In this document: positions 1 to 9,427 of the stretch, one piece after another
How positions within the stretch are numbered: the first letter of the stretch is position 1
Layout: every line of letters begins with the position of its first letter
From: Hyalangium minutum
Lineage (GTDB): Bacteria > Myxococcota > Myxococcia > Myxococcales > Myxococcaceae
Length of the DNA stretch: 64,000 nucleotides
Assembly: GCF_000737315.1 (NCBI RefSeq)
Contig: NZ_JMCB01000012.1
Coordinates: 1 to 64,000, forward strand
Direction: 5' to 3'
Made by a program: the position numbers and the translations under genes
Notes under the pieces: model-generated
Told to the model about the DNA's origin: nothing
What the model saw: only the letters and a program-made list of their open reading frames with translations
Databases searched by the model: none

Positions 1-1
1 G

Positions 2-340
2 GGCGCGGGCGGCGCCGGTGGCGCTGAGGGCGCGGGCGGTGGTGGCGGCGCCGGTGGCGCTGAGGCGGCCGGTGGCGGCCAGGGCGCGGGTGGCGCCGGT
101 GGCGCCGAGGGCGCGGCGGGTCCCCAGGGCGCCGAGGGCGCTCAGTCCGCTGCTCCCGCCGAGGAGGAGGAGGCCAAGGATCCCATCAGCAAGCTCATGG
201 AGACCCTGAAGAAGCTGGTGGAGCAGCTCCAGCAGCTCCAGCAGCAGCTGCAGGCCGGCCAGGGCAACCAGAACACCGGCATCGTTCCCCAGGGTGCCAC
301 CACCGGCACCAACACCGGCATCGTTCCCCCCAGCATCTAA
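2..340 (+). CDS. 3' end of a Gly/Ala-rich protein with an amphipathic Q/L helix (harpin-like), 5' truncated by the window edge
   Basis: Frame 2 is open from base 2 to TAA at 338-340 with GC3-rich codons: GAGGAGGAEGAGG...AEEEEAKDPISKLMETLKKLVEQLQQLQQQLQAGQGNQNTGIVPQGATTGTNTGIVPPSI*. It is missing from the ORF track (no start in window) and is followed by a terminator. Confidence 0.8.
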   Translation, partial: GAGGAGGAEGAGGGGGAGGAEAAGGGQGAGGAGGAEGAAGPQGAEGAQSAAPAEEEEAKDPISKLMETLKKLVEQLQQLQQQLQAGQGNQNTGIVPQGATTGTNTGIVPPSI

Positions 341-363
341 GTTCAGCTCTCGCTGAATTCACG

Positions 364-403
364 CGGCCCATCCACCTCACCGGTGGGTGGGCCGTTGTTC
401 TTT
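364..403 (+). terminator. Rho-independent terminator
   Basis: Stem CGGCCCATCCACC (364-376) / GGTGGGTGGGCCG (382-394), 5-nt loop, then TTGTTCTTT; 23 nt after the stop at 340. Confidence 0.8.
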
Positions 404-461
404 GGGGCGTAGGCGCACCGTCGCACCGCGAGAAGGCGAGCGCAGCAGGTGTGCGCGGGGC

Positions 462-779
462 TCAGCTGCGGATGTAGCTGCGCTTGATGAGGTCCAGCTC
501 GGCGGAGAGCTTCTTCATCTCCTCACTCTCCTGCAGCTCCAGCCCGCTCTGCTGAAGGATGGCGCCCAGCTGCGCTTTGAAGACATCCACCAGCACGCCG
601 GAAGCGCCGGCGAGCTCGGGCGGCAGGTTCTTGCCCAAGTCGCTCATCGCCTCCTTCACGGCGAGGGTGATCTGCTTCACCTGGGCCTCGAGCTGTGCGC
701 GAGGAATCCCCCCCGGAGCCTTGGCGGCGCGGTTCAGGTCTTCGAGCTTCTTGAGCAGGGTGTCGAGATCCTGTGCCAT
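462..779 (-). CDS. hypothetical helical protein (105 aa)
   Basis: ATG with upstream RBS-like sequence, high-GC codon bias, amphipathic helical sequence, no recognised domain. Confidence 0.75.
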   Translation of the reverse strand: MAQDLDTLLKKLEDLNRAAKAPGGIPRAQLEAQVKQITLAVKEAMSDLGKNLPPELAGASGVLVDVFKAQLGAILQQSGLELQESEEMKKLSAELDLIKRSYIRS

Positions 780-839
780 GTCGTCACGCCCGGGGAAGAG
801 AGGCTCCTTGTATAGCAGAACCCACCGCGCCCCCGCCGC

Positions 840-1349
840 TCAGCGGTTGCGCAGGGGGAGCACTTCCACCTTGAGCACGTAGCGGGCCTGCATGTCCGAG
901 GTGAACTCGATCAGGTGGTCCCCCACGCCGGTGAGGTCCGCCTCGCGGCTGAACTCGCCGAACTTCTCCGCCGAGTCCAGGGCCGTGCGGCCGCTGACCG
1001 CCTCGCGGGTGCGCGCCCGGCAGCCCTCCTCCTGGAATGTCACCACCGTCTCCTCGCCGGCGGCCACCACGTCCTCCAGGAAGAAGCGCACCCGCACGGT
1101 GGAGGCCTCCTGCAGCTGGACGATGAACTGCCCCTTCCCGGGCAGCCGGCCCTCCGTGTAGCTCTCCGCGCCCAGGATGCAGCCAGCCACCTTGCTGCAC
1201 ACCGGCCACTCCGCGTCACACACGTCCTTCGCCCGGCTGCCGATGAAGTCCGCGCGCCCACCACCGCAGCCCGTGCCCAACCCCAGGAACACGCACGCGA
1301 GCAGGACCACTTGGGTGCTTCTGGGGAACACTGTTACAAACCCGACCAT
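840..1349 (-). CDS. putative lipoprotein (start uncertain: 1361/1349/1331)
   Basis: Hydrophobic stretch VVLLACVFLGLGTG-C then GGG; four further Cys in the N-terminal part; beta-rich C-terminus. Confidence 0.75.
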   Translation of the reverse strand: MVGFVTVFPRSTQVVLLACVFLGLGTGCGGGRADFIGSRAKDVCDAEWPVCSKVAGCILGAESYTEGRLPGKGQFIVQLQEASTVRVRFFLEDVVAAGEETVVTFQEEGCRARTREAVSGRTALDSAEKFGEFSREADLTGVGDHLIEFTSDMQARYVLKVEVLPLRNR

Positions 1350-1378
1350 CTCAACCCTCACTCTGGGAGTGAACGACG

Positions 1379-1819
1379 ATGCGCCTGAAGACCTTGTGGT
1401 TCCCCATCATCCTCCTGGCCCTGGCGGGTTGTGGAGGGGAAGACGATGTTCCGCTGCAGAAGGGCCCCTTCCTTCAGCCCGACCGCATCAAGCTGCAGTT
1501 CGACACGGAGTTCGGCAGCGGTACGTACGTGGGAGCCTCCACCTTCAACACGCTGATGCTTGAGAACCGGGGCGACGAGACGCTGCAGATCACCTCGGTC
1601 ACCAAGTCGGGCCCGTCCGAGTTCATCGTCACGCTTCCCGAGGGGCTCACGGACAGCACGCCGGTGACCCTCGAGAGCCGCAAGCGCGCCTACGTCCAAG
1701 TCCAGTTCAAGCCGAGCCAGGCCAAGGCCTACACCGGCTCCATCACCATCAAGTCCAACTCCTCGACGGGGGCGGAGACGGTGGTGGAACTGGAGGGCAA
1801 GGGCATCCCCGCTCCGTAG
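1379..1819 (+). CDS. lipoprotein with ASH/choice-of-anchor-D type Ig-like domain
   Basis: Lipobox LALAG-C; pattern LMLENRGDETLQITSV...VQVQFKPSQAKAYTGSITIKSN is typical of ASPM-SPD-2-Hydin domains. Confidence 0.75.
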   Translation: MRLKTLWFPIILLALAGCGGEDDVPLQKGPFLQPDRIKLQFDTEFGSGTYVGASTFNTLMLENRGDETLQITSVTKSGPSEFIVTLPEGLTDSTPVTLESRKRAYVQVQFKPSQAKAYTGSITIKSNSSTGAETVVELEGKGIPAP

Positions 1820-1840
1820 TCCCACCGCGACTGCCCCGGC

Positions 1841-4129
1841 TCAGGGCTGCAGGGTGAACTTGCAGCCCGGGCCGCCATCCGGAAGCGGCGCGGGGCACTG
1901 ACGGCCGCCGCCGTCGGCGGAGTAGGTCTTCGGGTAGTCCGTATAGGCGGTGCGCACCGAGTAGTTCACGCGCTCGTAGGAAGTGCGCTCGGCGGCGGAC
2001 ACGTCCACACGCACGGTGCCGCCGCGGATGAAGCGCGGCTCGAAGCACGAGCAGGCGTAGGGCTGCACGGTGAACACGGTGGAGTTGCCGGCCACCTGCT
2101 TGGAGTAGAGCGGCTGCAGGCCGCTGAAGCTGCCGCTGGGCGTGTGCCAGGCGCGCAGCGGATCGGGCCGGTACGAGAGCGTCAGCGGCTGATTGCGGCT
2201 GCCCTTGGACACCGGCGTGCACCCGGAGCCTCCATCCCGGGGCGTCCCATCGCAGAACGTCAGGTCCAGCGCGAGCCCGTGCGGCAGCCCCCCGTCCGCC
2301 AGGTTCTGCACCGTCCACTGCAGCTCCCATGTCCGGTCGAGCGGCTCGGGGAGCCCATTGGGCAGGTTGAGGATGAAGCTGTCCGTGTCCGAAGGCACGG
2401 CGTCATAGTCGCGAGGCCCGCGCACGCCCTTGCCGGTGACGCGGTCATCGGGGAGGAGGCGGCCGTAGCCGTGGTTCAGCTGGCCGTTGAGCGCGGTGGC
2501 TGCGGCGGGCGGCGCGGGGAAGGTGGCACCGGAGGTGTCGTTCGCCAGCGTCGCCGTGGAGGGCTGCTCCACGCCACCGGAGTAGCGGGCGGTGTCATCC
2601 GCGTCATCCTGCCAGGACACCTGCAGGGTGTAGTCCTTGTCGTCCGCCCAGTTGTTCCCGTCGTCCTCGACGACGAAGTAGTAGCGCAGCGTGCCCGTGT
2701 GCGGCGGCACGAAGAGGGTGCCCTCGAAGTTGCTCAGGTTGGGGAAGTTCTGCGGCTCCTCCTCGCGCGAGGCCTGGAGGCACAGCGGCGGGCTGCCGTT
2801 GCACAGCGCCTCCACCAGCAGCTGCGCGGACGGCGCCTCCGAGTAGCCCTTGGGGCAGGCCGTCACGTCCGAGACGCAGGCCACCTTCCAGTCCGGCTCC
2901 CCCGCGCCCTTCGTCACCGGCGAGAGCACGCGCACCTGGCGATCCACCAGGCCCGGCAGCGGCGGGAAGCGGCCACCGCCCGAGCCCTGCGCCAGCCGGA
3001 AGTACAGCACCGAGGGCTGCGTCGTGGACGGCACATCCACGCCGTACCAGTCCACGTCCGACGCCGAGCCGATGCGGCCCGAGAAGCTGGTGGAGCTGCC
3101 CGGCCCGGAGCCGATGGTCCGCACCAGCGCGCGGCCGAGGGCGTCGTTGTCCCCGTTGATGTCCTGCGGGTCCTGCTCGTCCATCACGCGGACCTCGAGG
3201 TTGTAGCGCTGCCGCAGATCTCCCGGGATGGGGTTGGGATCGTTCGCGGGCTTGTAGCCCTTCACCACCACCGTCCAAGTCCCCGTCGCCTTCACCCGGC
3301 GCGCGGTGGCCAGGTCCGCGGCGACGAAGGCGTTGGCCACGCGGCCCTCGGCCTCGGCGGTGCTGTCCGGACGCACCAGCGTGTACGAGAGCCGGTAGGC
3401 GGGAGGCGGGTTCAGCTGCTCCGCGTAGAGCCGCACATAGGCCACCTTGCCAGTGGCCGCGGGGAAGGAGAACGTGTCCACGTCATCCGTAGTGGCCAGG
3501 TACCCGCTGGCGGTGGCTACCTGCACGGCGCCCTGCGCCTGGAGCGTGAGGGCCGTGGGCTGCGTATCGTTGGGCTCGTTGGTGTCGGGGTTCTCCAGCA
3601 CCTCCACCTTCACGAAGTACGGCGAGCGCGCGTCGAACTGGGGACGGCTCGGGATGGTGGGCTCGTCGGCCAGCAGCAGGAGGAGCCGCGCATTGGGCTC
3701 GGAGAACGGGAAGATGATCTCCACGGGCTTGGGCGCGCCCTGCTGGTGGTTGTCCACCTTGCGCGCCACCGAGGACTGGCCGTCCTCACGCAGCACGCCC
3801 ACCGCGAGGTTCACCGGGGTGCTCTGCGCAAGGTAGCCGGCCGTCACCCGCACCAGCGTGCGCGCATTGGCCGTGGCGGGGATGCGCACGCTGAACCAGT
3901 CTTTGTCCGACTCAGGGTGCTCCGCGTCCTGCGCGAAGGAGATGTAGTCCTCCCGCTGCTCGCCCAGCGTCAGCTCGCACTCGGGCTTGGAGAGCGCGTC
4001 CTCCCGGCTGTTGCACGGATCGGCGCGGACCTGCGTCCCCCCATCGGGTTCATCGGTGCCCCCATCTCCCGGGCAGGCAGTAAGGACGAGGAGGAGCGCG
4101 AGCGGCAGCAGGCGGGCGAGTTTGGACAT
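1841..4129 (-). CDS. mtsF: cell-cell cohesion lipoprotein MtsF-like (PPC-like beta-sandwich repeats)
   Basis: ATG at 4129 gives MSKLARLLPLALLLVLTA-C (lipobox); repeated DxDWF/DVDTF/DVDWY motifs of PPC-like domains; last gene of the mtsB-F run. Confidence 0.7.
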   Translation of the reverse strand: MSKLARLLPLALLLVLTACPGDGGTDEPDGGTQVRADPCNSREDALSKPECELTLGEQREDYISFAQDAEHPESDKDWFSVRIPATANARTLVRVTAGYLAQSTPVNLAVGVLREDGQSSVARKVDNHQQGAPKPVEIIFPFSEPNARLLLLLADEPTIPSRPQFDARSPYFVKVEVLENPDTNEPNDTQPTALTLQAQGAVQVATASGYLATTDDVDTFSFPAATGKVAYVRLYAEQLNPPPAYRLSYTLVRPDSTAEAEGRVANAFVAADLATARRVKATGTWTVVVKGYKPANDPNPIPGDLRQRYNLEVRVMDEQDPQDINGDNDALGRALVRTIGSGPGSSTSFSGRIGSASDVDWYGVDVPSTTQPSVLYFRLAQGSGGGRFPPLPGLVDRQVRVLSPVTKGAGEPDWKVACVSDVTACPKGYSEAPSAQLLVEALCNGSPPLCLQASREEEPQNFPNLSNFEGTLFVPPHTGTLRYYFVVEDDGNNWADDKDYTLQVSWQDDADDTARYSGGVEQPSTATLANDTSGATFPAPPAAATALNGQLNHGYGRLLPDDRVTGKGVRGPRDYDAVPSDTDSFILNLPNGLPEPLDRTWELQWTVQNLADGGLPHGLALDLTFCDGTPRDGGSGCTPVSKGSRNQPLTLSYRPDPLRAWHTPSGSFSGLQPLYSKQVAGNSTVFTVQPYACSCFEPRFIRGGTVRVDVSAAERTSYERVNYSVRTAYTDYPKTYSADGGGRQCPAPLPDGGPGCKFTLQP

Positions 4130-4139
4130 GGCAGTGGCT

Positions 4140-5927
4140 TCAGGGGTTCTGGGGTACATCCACGCGGCCGGGGCACGTCGACACGAAGTCCTCCGAGTTC
4201 ACGCGGATGACGCCGTCCACGGGGGACTTCACGCCCCCGATGGGGTAGCGCGCGGCGTTGTAGCGGTAGAAGCGGGTGATGGTGCGGGCGGTGGGATCGT
4301 CCGCGGGAATCATGGCCACGGAGAGCCAGAGATCGTTGTAGCCCGCGCCGCGCAGCACGACGGGGCCTCCGTCCGTGGGGCGGCCCACGGGCAGGCCCGC
4401 GTCCACGCCCGCGTCGCTCACCTCCAGCAGCGTGGGGGCCAGCAGCACGTTGTCCACGCGGAACGCGTAGCACTGGCGGCCGAACTCGTCCGGCGGCCCC
4501 ACGGCCACCATGGAGTAGCGGTAGCCGTCCACGGACAGGTGCGAGGTGTCCACCTCCACCGGGTGCGTGTGCAGGCGCAGCTCCGCGCGGCTGGTGAGCC
4601 CGTCATTGTCCGGGTCCTCGTCCAGGTCATTGCTGGAGCCCTGCGTGCCGCCACGCCACTCCACGCCGTCCGGCATGCCGTCGCGATCGCTGTCGACGAT
4701 CTTCGCGTTGGTGCCGATGAACTGCTCGTCGCAGTCCAGCACCCCGTCGCAGTCGTCGTCCACGCCGCGCAGGTTCGGCGGGCAGCCGGGGTCCAGGCCG
4801 CCACCGTCCGGAAACGCCACCTGGGTGGGGTTGAAGTCCACACCCTGGCGGCGGAACCGCACCTCCACGCCGTCGCTGAAGCCATCCCCATCCGTGTCCA
4901 CCATGTTGGGGTTGGTGCCCTCCTGGCGCTCCTCCTCGTCCGTCAGGCCGTCCCCATCCGTGTCCGCCACGCCCACGGGACTGCCCGGGGGCGCGCTGAA
5001 GTTGGAGGCGATCAGCTCCTTCACGATGAAGGCCCGGCGCACCTGGCCGAAGCTGAAGTCCAGGAAGTTGATGGGCTCGTTGTTGCGGAAGTCCCGGAAG
5101 TTGCCGCCGCCCAGCTGGGACATCTTCTCCAGCCGGTCCGCGTCCTGGTTGATGATGAGCAGCGGGCACCCGGCGTCCCCCGTCAAATCACAGATGGAGC
5201 TGACCGGCTGCGAGGGGTTGAAGACGTGCACGGTGTTCACGCGCACGTCCTCCACCAAATCCCTCAGCTGGCGGATGCGCACCACCGCGTCGCCGCGCAG
5301 CAGCTCGTCGTCCTGGTTGTTGGTGGGATGGCCGTCCGACAGGAAGATGACCGAGTAGCGCGCCTGGGCCAGGGCAGTCGCGCCGCCTGGTGCCGCCCGG
5401 CTCTTGGCGATGTCCGCGTTGATGAGCGAGTAGATGTCCGACAGCGGCTTGACGAAGTCCGTCGAGTCCCGGTTCGGCGCATTGTCGGGGTTGCGAAAGT
5501 TGAGCAGCGTGCGGATGAGGTTCTGCTTCTGGATGTCCGTGAGGCTGGCCACCTGCGCGAAGCCGTCCTGCCCGTTGGCGTCCTTGGTGAGGAACGCCGA
5601 GGTGCTGCCCGCGAAGAGCATCACCGAAATGGAGACCTCGGGGTCCGTGGGCAGGATGGAGAGGAGCTCGATGAGCGCGGTGGCGCGCGTACCGTCCGGA
5701 TCCGTCACGTTCATGGACTGGCTGGCGTCCAGGGCAACGACGATCTTGATCGGGCGCACCACCTCGTTGGTGCCCACCGTACAGAAGGTCCCCTCGAAGG
5801 CGACCGCGCGATCCACTGGCACCTGCTCGTCGCGCCGCTCGTCATAGAGGTAGGCATCCGAACACGCGGCGATGGCCGCCAGCGTCCCCACCACCGCCGC
5901 GATGAAGAAGACAGCCCTTCTCGTCAC
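4140..5927 (-). CDS. mtsE: VWA-domain lipoprotein with DTDGDG Ca-binding (TSP3-like) repeats, MtsE-like
   Basis: Lipobox AIAA-C; MIDAS motif DASQS; IFLSDG; many DTDGDG/DSDRDG repeats; 4-nt overlap with the upstream gene. Confidence 0.75.
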   Translation of the reverse strand: MTRRAVFFIAAVVGTLAAIAACSDAYLYDERRDEQVPVDRAVAFEGTFCTVGTNEVVRPIKIVVALDASQSMNVTDPDGTRATALIELLSILPTDPEVSISVMLFAGSTSAFLTKDANGQDGFAQVASLTDIQKQNLIRTLLNFRNPDNAPNRDSTDFVKPLSDIYSLINADIAKSRAAPGGATALAQARYSVIFLSDGHPTNNQDDELLRGDAVVRIRQLRDLVEDVRVNTVHVFNPSQPVSSICDLTGDAGCPLLIINQDADRLEKMSQLGGGNFRDFRNNEPINFLDFSFGQVRRAFIVKELIASNFSAPPGSPVGVADTDGDGLTDEEERQEGTNPNMVDTDGDGFSDGVEVRFRRQGVDFNPTQVAFPDGGGLDPGCPPNLRGVDDDCDGVLDCDEQFIGTNAKIVDSDRDGMPDGVEWRGGTQGSSNDLDEDPDNDGLTSRAELRLHTHPVEVDTSHLSVDGYRYSMVAVGPPDEFGRQCYAFRVDNVLLAPTLLEVSDAGVDAGLPVGRPTDGGPVVLRGAGYNDLWLSVAMIPADDPTARTITRFYRYNAARYPIGGVKSPVDGVIRVNSEDFVSTCPGRVDVPQNP

Positions 5928-7888
5928 GGCGCCGCCCCTGGCGCATCACCCACGCAGCGCGTCATGTACTCGCTCATTTCGTTGAGGGTGTCGGGTCTGC
6001 GGAAGTCGCCGTTCTCCAGGGCCAAATCCGGCCCCAGCGGGACGCGCACGCTGGGCGGCGCGTACTGCGCCCAGGCACACGCCGTCTTCCACACGCCGTA
6101 GTCCGTGGCCACCCCGCTCTCGGGAGCCTCCGCGAACCACACCTTGAAGAGGTTGTAACCCTGCTGCACGCCCGAGCGGTTGGGCGGCGTCACCATCTGC
6201 ATGTTGGAGATGGTGAAGTCGTAGCAGGTACTGCCGTTGGTCCGCTTCTCGGCGATCGACACCGAGTACTGGTAGCCGTAGCGCTCGTAGAAGGCCTCGT
6301 CCCGCTGCGTGGGGTCGCTGCCCGCGCGCAGCTCAGCCTCGTCCGGCAGGGAGTCCCCATCCGTGTCGATGCCCGACACGTTCGGCGTGAGCGGATCCAG
6401 CCCGTAGCGCACCTCCATCGCATCCGGCACGCCGTCACCGTCGCTGTCGATGAGGCCCGCGCGCGTCCGCACGTACGCCTCGGCGTACTGGGACAGACCG
6501 TCGCCATCCGTGTCGCGGCACACGCAGCCCGGCGTCAGCGGCGAGGCCGGATCGCACCCACGCGCGTCGAGATCATTCCCAGGCTTAAAGCCCTGGTCCG
6601 CCCGGCGCGCCTCGAAGCCGTCATCCAGGCAGTCTCCATCGCTGTCCGGAATGAAGGAGTTGGTCTGCAGCGTGAAGGTGTTGTCCAGGGTGTCCGGCAG
6701 CCCGTCGCCGTCCGTGTCCACCTCGCGCCCGCTCTGCCCGGGGACGGAGCTGAGCGACTCCACCATCAGCGTCTTGATGACGTTGCGCGAGGCGAACGAG
6801 GAGTAGTCCAGAGCGCCCAGGCCCATCTGGTTGATCTGCCCGGTGTCGTTGAACTCCTGGTACACGCCGTTGCCGATCTCCGCGAAGCGCTGCAGCAGCC
6901 ACGAGGCGATCTTCTTGGCCGCCTGCGGATACTCGCCCGGTGGGACGCCCGGGTAGGTGCCGTAGAGATCCTGGCAGATGGGGCCGCACAGCCGCACCGC
7001 CTCCTGGTTGAAGAGGAGCACCGTGTGCATGCGGATGTCGCCCACGTTGTACTGGTCCTTCAGCTCCATCAGCCGGCGCACGTAGCTGAAGAGCTGGTAG
7101 TTCTGGTTGCGATCCGTGCCGACCTCGAAGCCCTCGATGTTGTCCGGCGACTCTGGATCCAGCAGGTTGCAGAACTCCACCGCGCTCGAGGAGTCCGCCC
7201 ACGTCAGGTCCGGTGTGTCCGGCGTGGCATAGACGGAGAGGTTGTCGTTGGCCGAGCAGCGCGGGTACGGCGTTCCGTCCGTGAGGAACACCACCACGTA
7301 GCGGGTGCGCGGCAGTACCTCGGGGTTGGTCTGCGACAGCGTGGTGATGTCACTGGCGATGAGGCTGTAGGCGTAGCTGATGGCGCCCTGGTAGTCGGTG
7401 CCCTTGCCCAGCTGGCTCTGGAGACCGCTGATGTACGTGTCCAGCGTGCTGTCGGGCCGGGCGAAGCGGTTGCCGGTGGCGGCCGGAGGCCACACGTTCT
7501 TCACGTTGGTCTCGAACGGCACCACGGACAGCTGCACGTTGGGCTGATCGGCGAACTGATTGACCAGGCGGCGCATGGCGCGCACGCGCGCGGGCTCGGT
7601 GACGCCGGGGGGCACCACCACCGCCACCTGCTCGCAGAAGCCTGTGCCCTCCTGCGAGCCCGGCGGATCCGACACGCACATGCTGCCCGACTCGTCGATG
7701 ACGAGCACCACCTTCACCGGGAAGCCGGCGGGGTTGGCGGGCGCGGTGCAGACGCGCCCCTTGAGGGTGAGCCGGTCATCCAGGAGCGTCTGCTCCTGCA
7801 CGAGCGGCTCTACCAGCGTGTCGGTACATGCGACCACTGATGCGGCCAGGAGGCCCGCAGCCATCAGCATCCGGGGGTTCAGGTGCAT
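5924..7888 (-). CDS. mtsD: VWA-domain lipoprotein with DxDGDG repeats, MtsD-like
   Basis: Lipobox SVVA-C; MIDAS motif DESGS; VVFLTDG; DTDGDG/DSDGDG repeats; paralogous to neighbours. Confidence 0.78.
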   Translation of the reverse strand: MHLNPRMLMAAGLLAASVVACTDTLVEPLVQEQTLLDDRLTLKGRVCTAPANPAGFPVKVVLVIDESGSMCVSDPPGSQEGTGFCEQVAVVVPPGVTEPARVRAMRRLVNQFADQPNVQLSVVPFETNVKNVWPPAATGNRFARPDSTLDTYISGLQSQLGKGTDYQGAISYAYSLIASDITTLSQTNPEVLPRTRYVVVFLTDGTPYPRCSANDNLSVYATPDTPDLTWADSSSAVEFCNLLDPESPDNIEGFEVGTDRNQNYQLFSYVRRLMELKDQYNVGDIRMHTVLLFNQEAVRLCGPICQDLYGTYPGVPPGEYPQAAKKIASWLLQRFAEIGNGVYQEFNDTGQINQMGLGALDYSSFASRNVIKTLMVESLSSVPGQSGREVDTDGDGLPDTLDNTFTLQTNSFIPDSDGDCLDDGFEARRADQGFKPGNDLDARGCDPASPLTPGCVCRDTDGDGLSQYAEAYVRTRAGLIDSDGDGVPDAMEVRYGLDPLTPNVSGIDTDGDSLPDEAELRAGSDPTQRDEAFYERYGYQYSVSIAEKRTNGSTCYDFTISNMQMVTPPNRSGVQQGYNLFKVWFAEAPESGVATDYGVWKTACAWAQYAPPSVRVPLGPDLALENGDFRRPDTLNEMSEYMTRCVGDAPGAAP

Positions 7889-7924
7889 GGGAACGGGCCT
7901 CCTGTGCTGCGGATGGGGAACAGT

Positions 7925-9256
7925 CTACTCCGCGCGGCGGCGGCGCAGCAGCAGTCCGAGCAGCGCGGCGCCCAGCGCCATGCCACCCACCGGGCCCGGG
8001 AGCGCCGCGCAGCTGCTGGCGGTGCCGTTGCCCACGCTGAGCTTCAGGCTGGAGACGCTCTCACGCTGATCCGGGTACGCACGGTCCGAGAAGGCCAGCC
8101 GCGCCTGGACCTGGATGTCGTACTGGCCGTCCGCGTCCGCGGTGAAGGACGGCTCGGTCTTCGCCAGGTACTCGTACTGCCAGTGGCGGCTATAGGTCAC
8201 CGCGCCCGTCGGGTTCTCCACCACGGCCTTGGAGCCGGAGGGACGCGACTTCACCGTCCACGTGTACTCGATGGCCGCGCCGTTGCGGTTGGCGAACAGC
8301 GGCAGCTCCACCTTCTCGCCGGACTTCAGGCTCAGCTGGCCACCACCGGACACGGTGAAGGGCCCCTTCGGATCCAGGCAGTCATCCGGGGTGTTCTTGT
8401 CCACCACGACGCAGTACTTGGTGTCGCAGGCATCGCCCACGCCGTCACCGTCATCGTCCACCTGGTCGCGGTTGACCACGTACGGGCAGTTGTCCAGCAC
8501 CTTGCCATCAGCGTCCTTGTTCAGCACGCCGTCGTTGTCGATGTCCGCGTCACACACGTCACCCAGGCCGTCCAGGTCCTTGTCCGCCTGATTCGGGTTG
8601 GCGATGGAGGGGCAGTTGTCGCCGTTGTCGGAGACGTTGTCGCCGTCCTTGTCGATGCGGCACTGGCTGGCGTCCGCGGGCATGGCCTGATCCGCGTTGG
8701 GCAGGCGCGGGCAGTTGTCCTCGCCGTCCGCATGGCCGTCATTGTCGTCATCCAGATCGCACACGTCGCCCTGGGCGTCGCCGTCCAGGTTGCTCTGATC
8801 CTTGTTGGGGATGAGCGCGCAGTTGTCCTGGGCGTTGGGGATGGTGTCGTTGTCCGCGTCGGCGTCGCAGTCATCGCCGATGCCGTCGCCGTCCGCGTCG
8901 CGCTGCTGGAAGTTGGCCAGCGCCGAGCAGTTGTCGCAGACATCGCCCACGCCGTCGCCGTCGCCGTCGCCCTGCTCGCGGTTGGAGGCGAACGGGCAGT
9001 TGTCCTTGTCATCCGCCTTGCCGTCGCCGTCCGCGTCGTCGGTGTAGGCCAGCGTCACGCCGTCATCCGTGTACGACACCCACACGGAGCAACCGCAGCC
9101 GCAGCCACAGCCGCCGCCCTCCTCCTTGGGACGGCCGCAGCTGCTGCCGAGGCACTCCGGGTTATCGACCGCGTTGGTCTGCGCCTGGGCCGGCAAGGCG
9201 CTGAGAAGGAAGAGAGCCCCAAGGGCCAGAGAGGGAATGAAGCGGTTGCGTGTCAT
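7925..9256 (-). CDS. mtsC: thrombospondin type 3 repeat MYXO-CTERM surface protein, MtsC-like
   Basis: ATG at 9256 with AAGGAG RBS; Sec signal; many DxDGDGxGDxCD-NCP repeats; C-terminal SSCAALPG...LLGLLLRRRR sorting signal. Confidence 0.85.
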   Translation of the reverse strand: MTRNRFIPSLALGALFLLSALPAQAQTNAVDNPECLGSSCGRPKEEGGGCGCGCGCSVWVSYTDDGVTLAYTDDADGDGKADDKDNCPFASNREQGDGDGDGVGDVCDNCSALANFQQRDADGDGIGDDCDADADNDTIPNAQDNCALIPNKDQSNLDGDAQGDVCDLDDDNDGHADGEDNCPRLPNADQAMPADASQCRIDKDGDNVSDNGDNCPSIANPNQADKDLDGLGDVCDADIDNDGVLNKDADGKVLDNCPYVVNRDQVDDDGDGVGDACDTKYCVVVDKNTPDDCLDPKGPFTVSGGGQLSLKSGEKVELPLFANRNGAAIEYTWTVKSRPSGSKAVVENPTGAVTYSRHWQYEYLAKTEPSFTADADGQYDIQVQARLAFSDRAYPDQRESVSSLKLSVGNGTASSCAALPGPVGGMALGAALLGLLLRRRRAE

Positions 9257-9427
9257 GACAACTCCTTTCGACGCCGCACTCCTAGCAAGACCCGATCCGC
9301 TCACCACTGGACACTGTTCGTCTGAAAATTCAGGGATTTGCACAAAGCGCCCGAGGTGTGGAGCGGGGGGTGTGGGGGGGAGCCCCCAGTGGGAGCGTGG
9401 GGTCTACCCCCCACCGCGAGGAGTGGA

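Noticed and set aside
2144-6101. Long plus-strand ORFs (688 aa, 704 aa)
   Set aside because: Antisense to mtsF/mtsE; R/G/H-rich composition typical of shadow frames.
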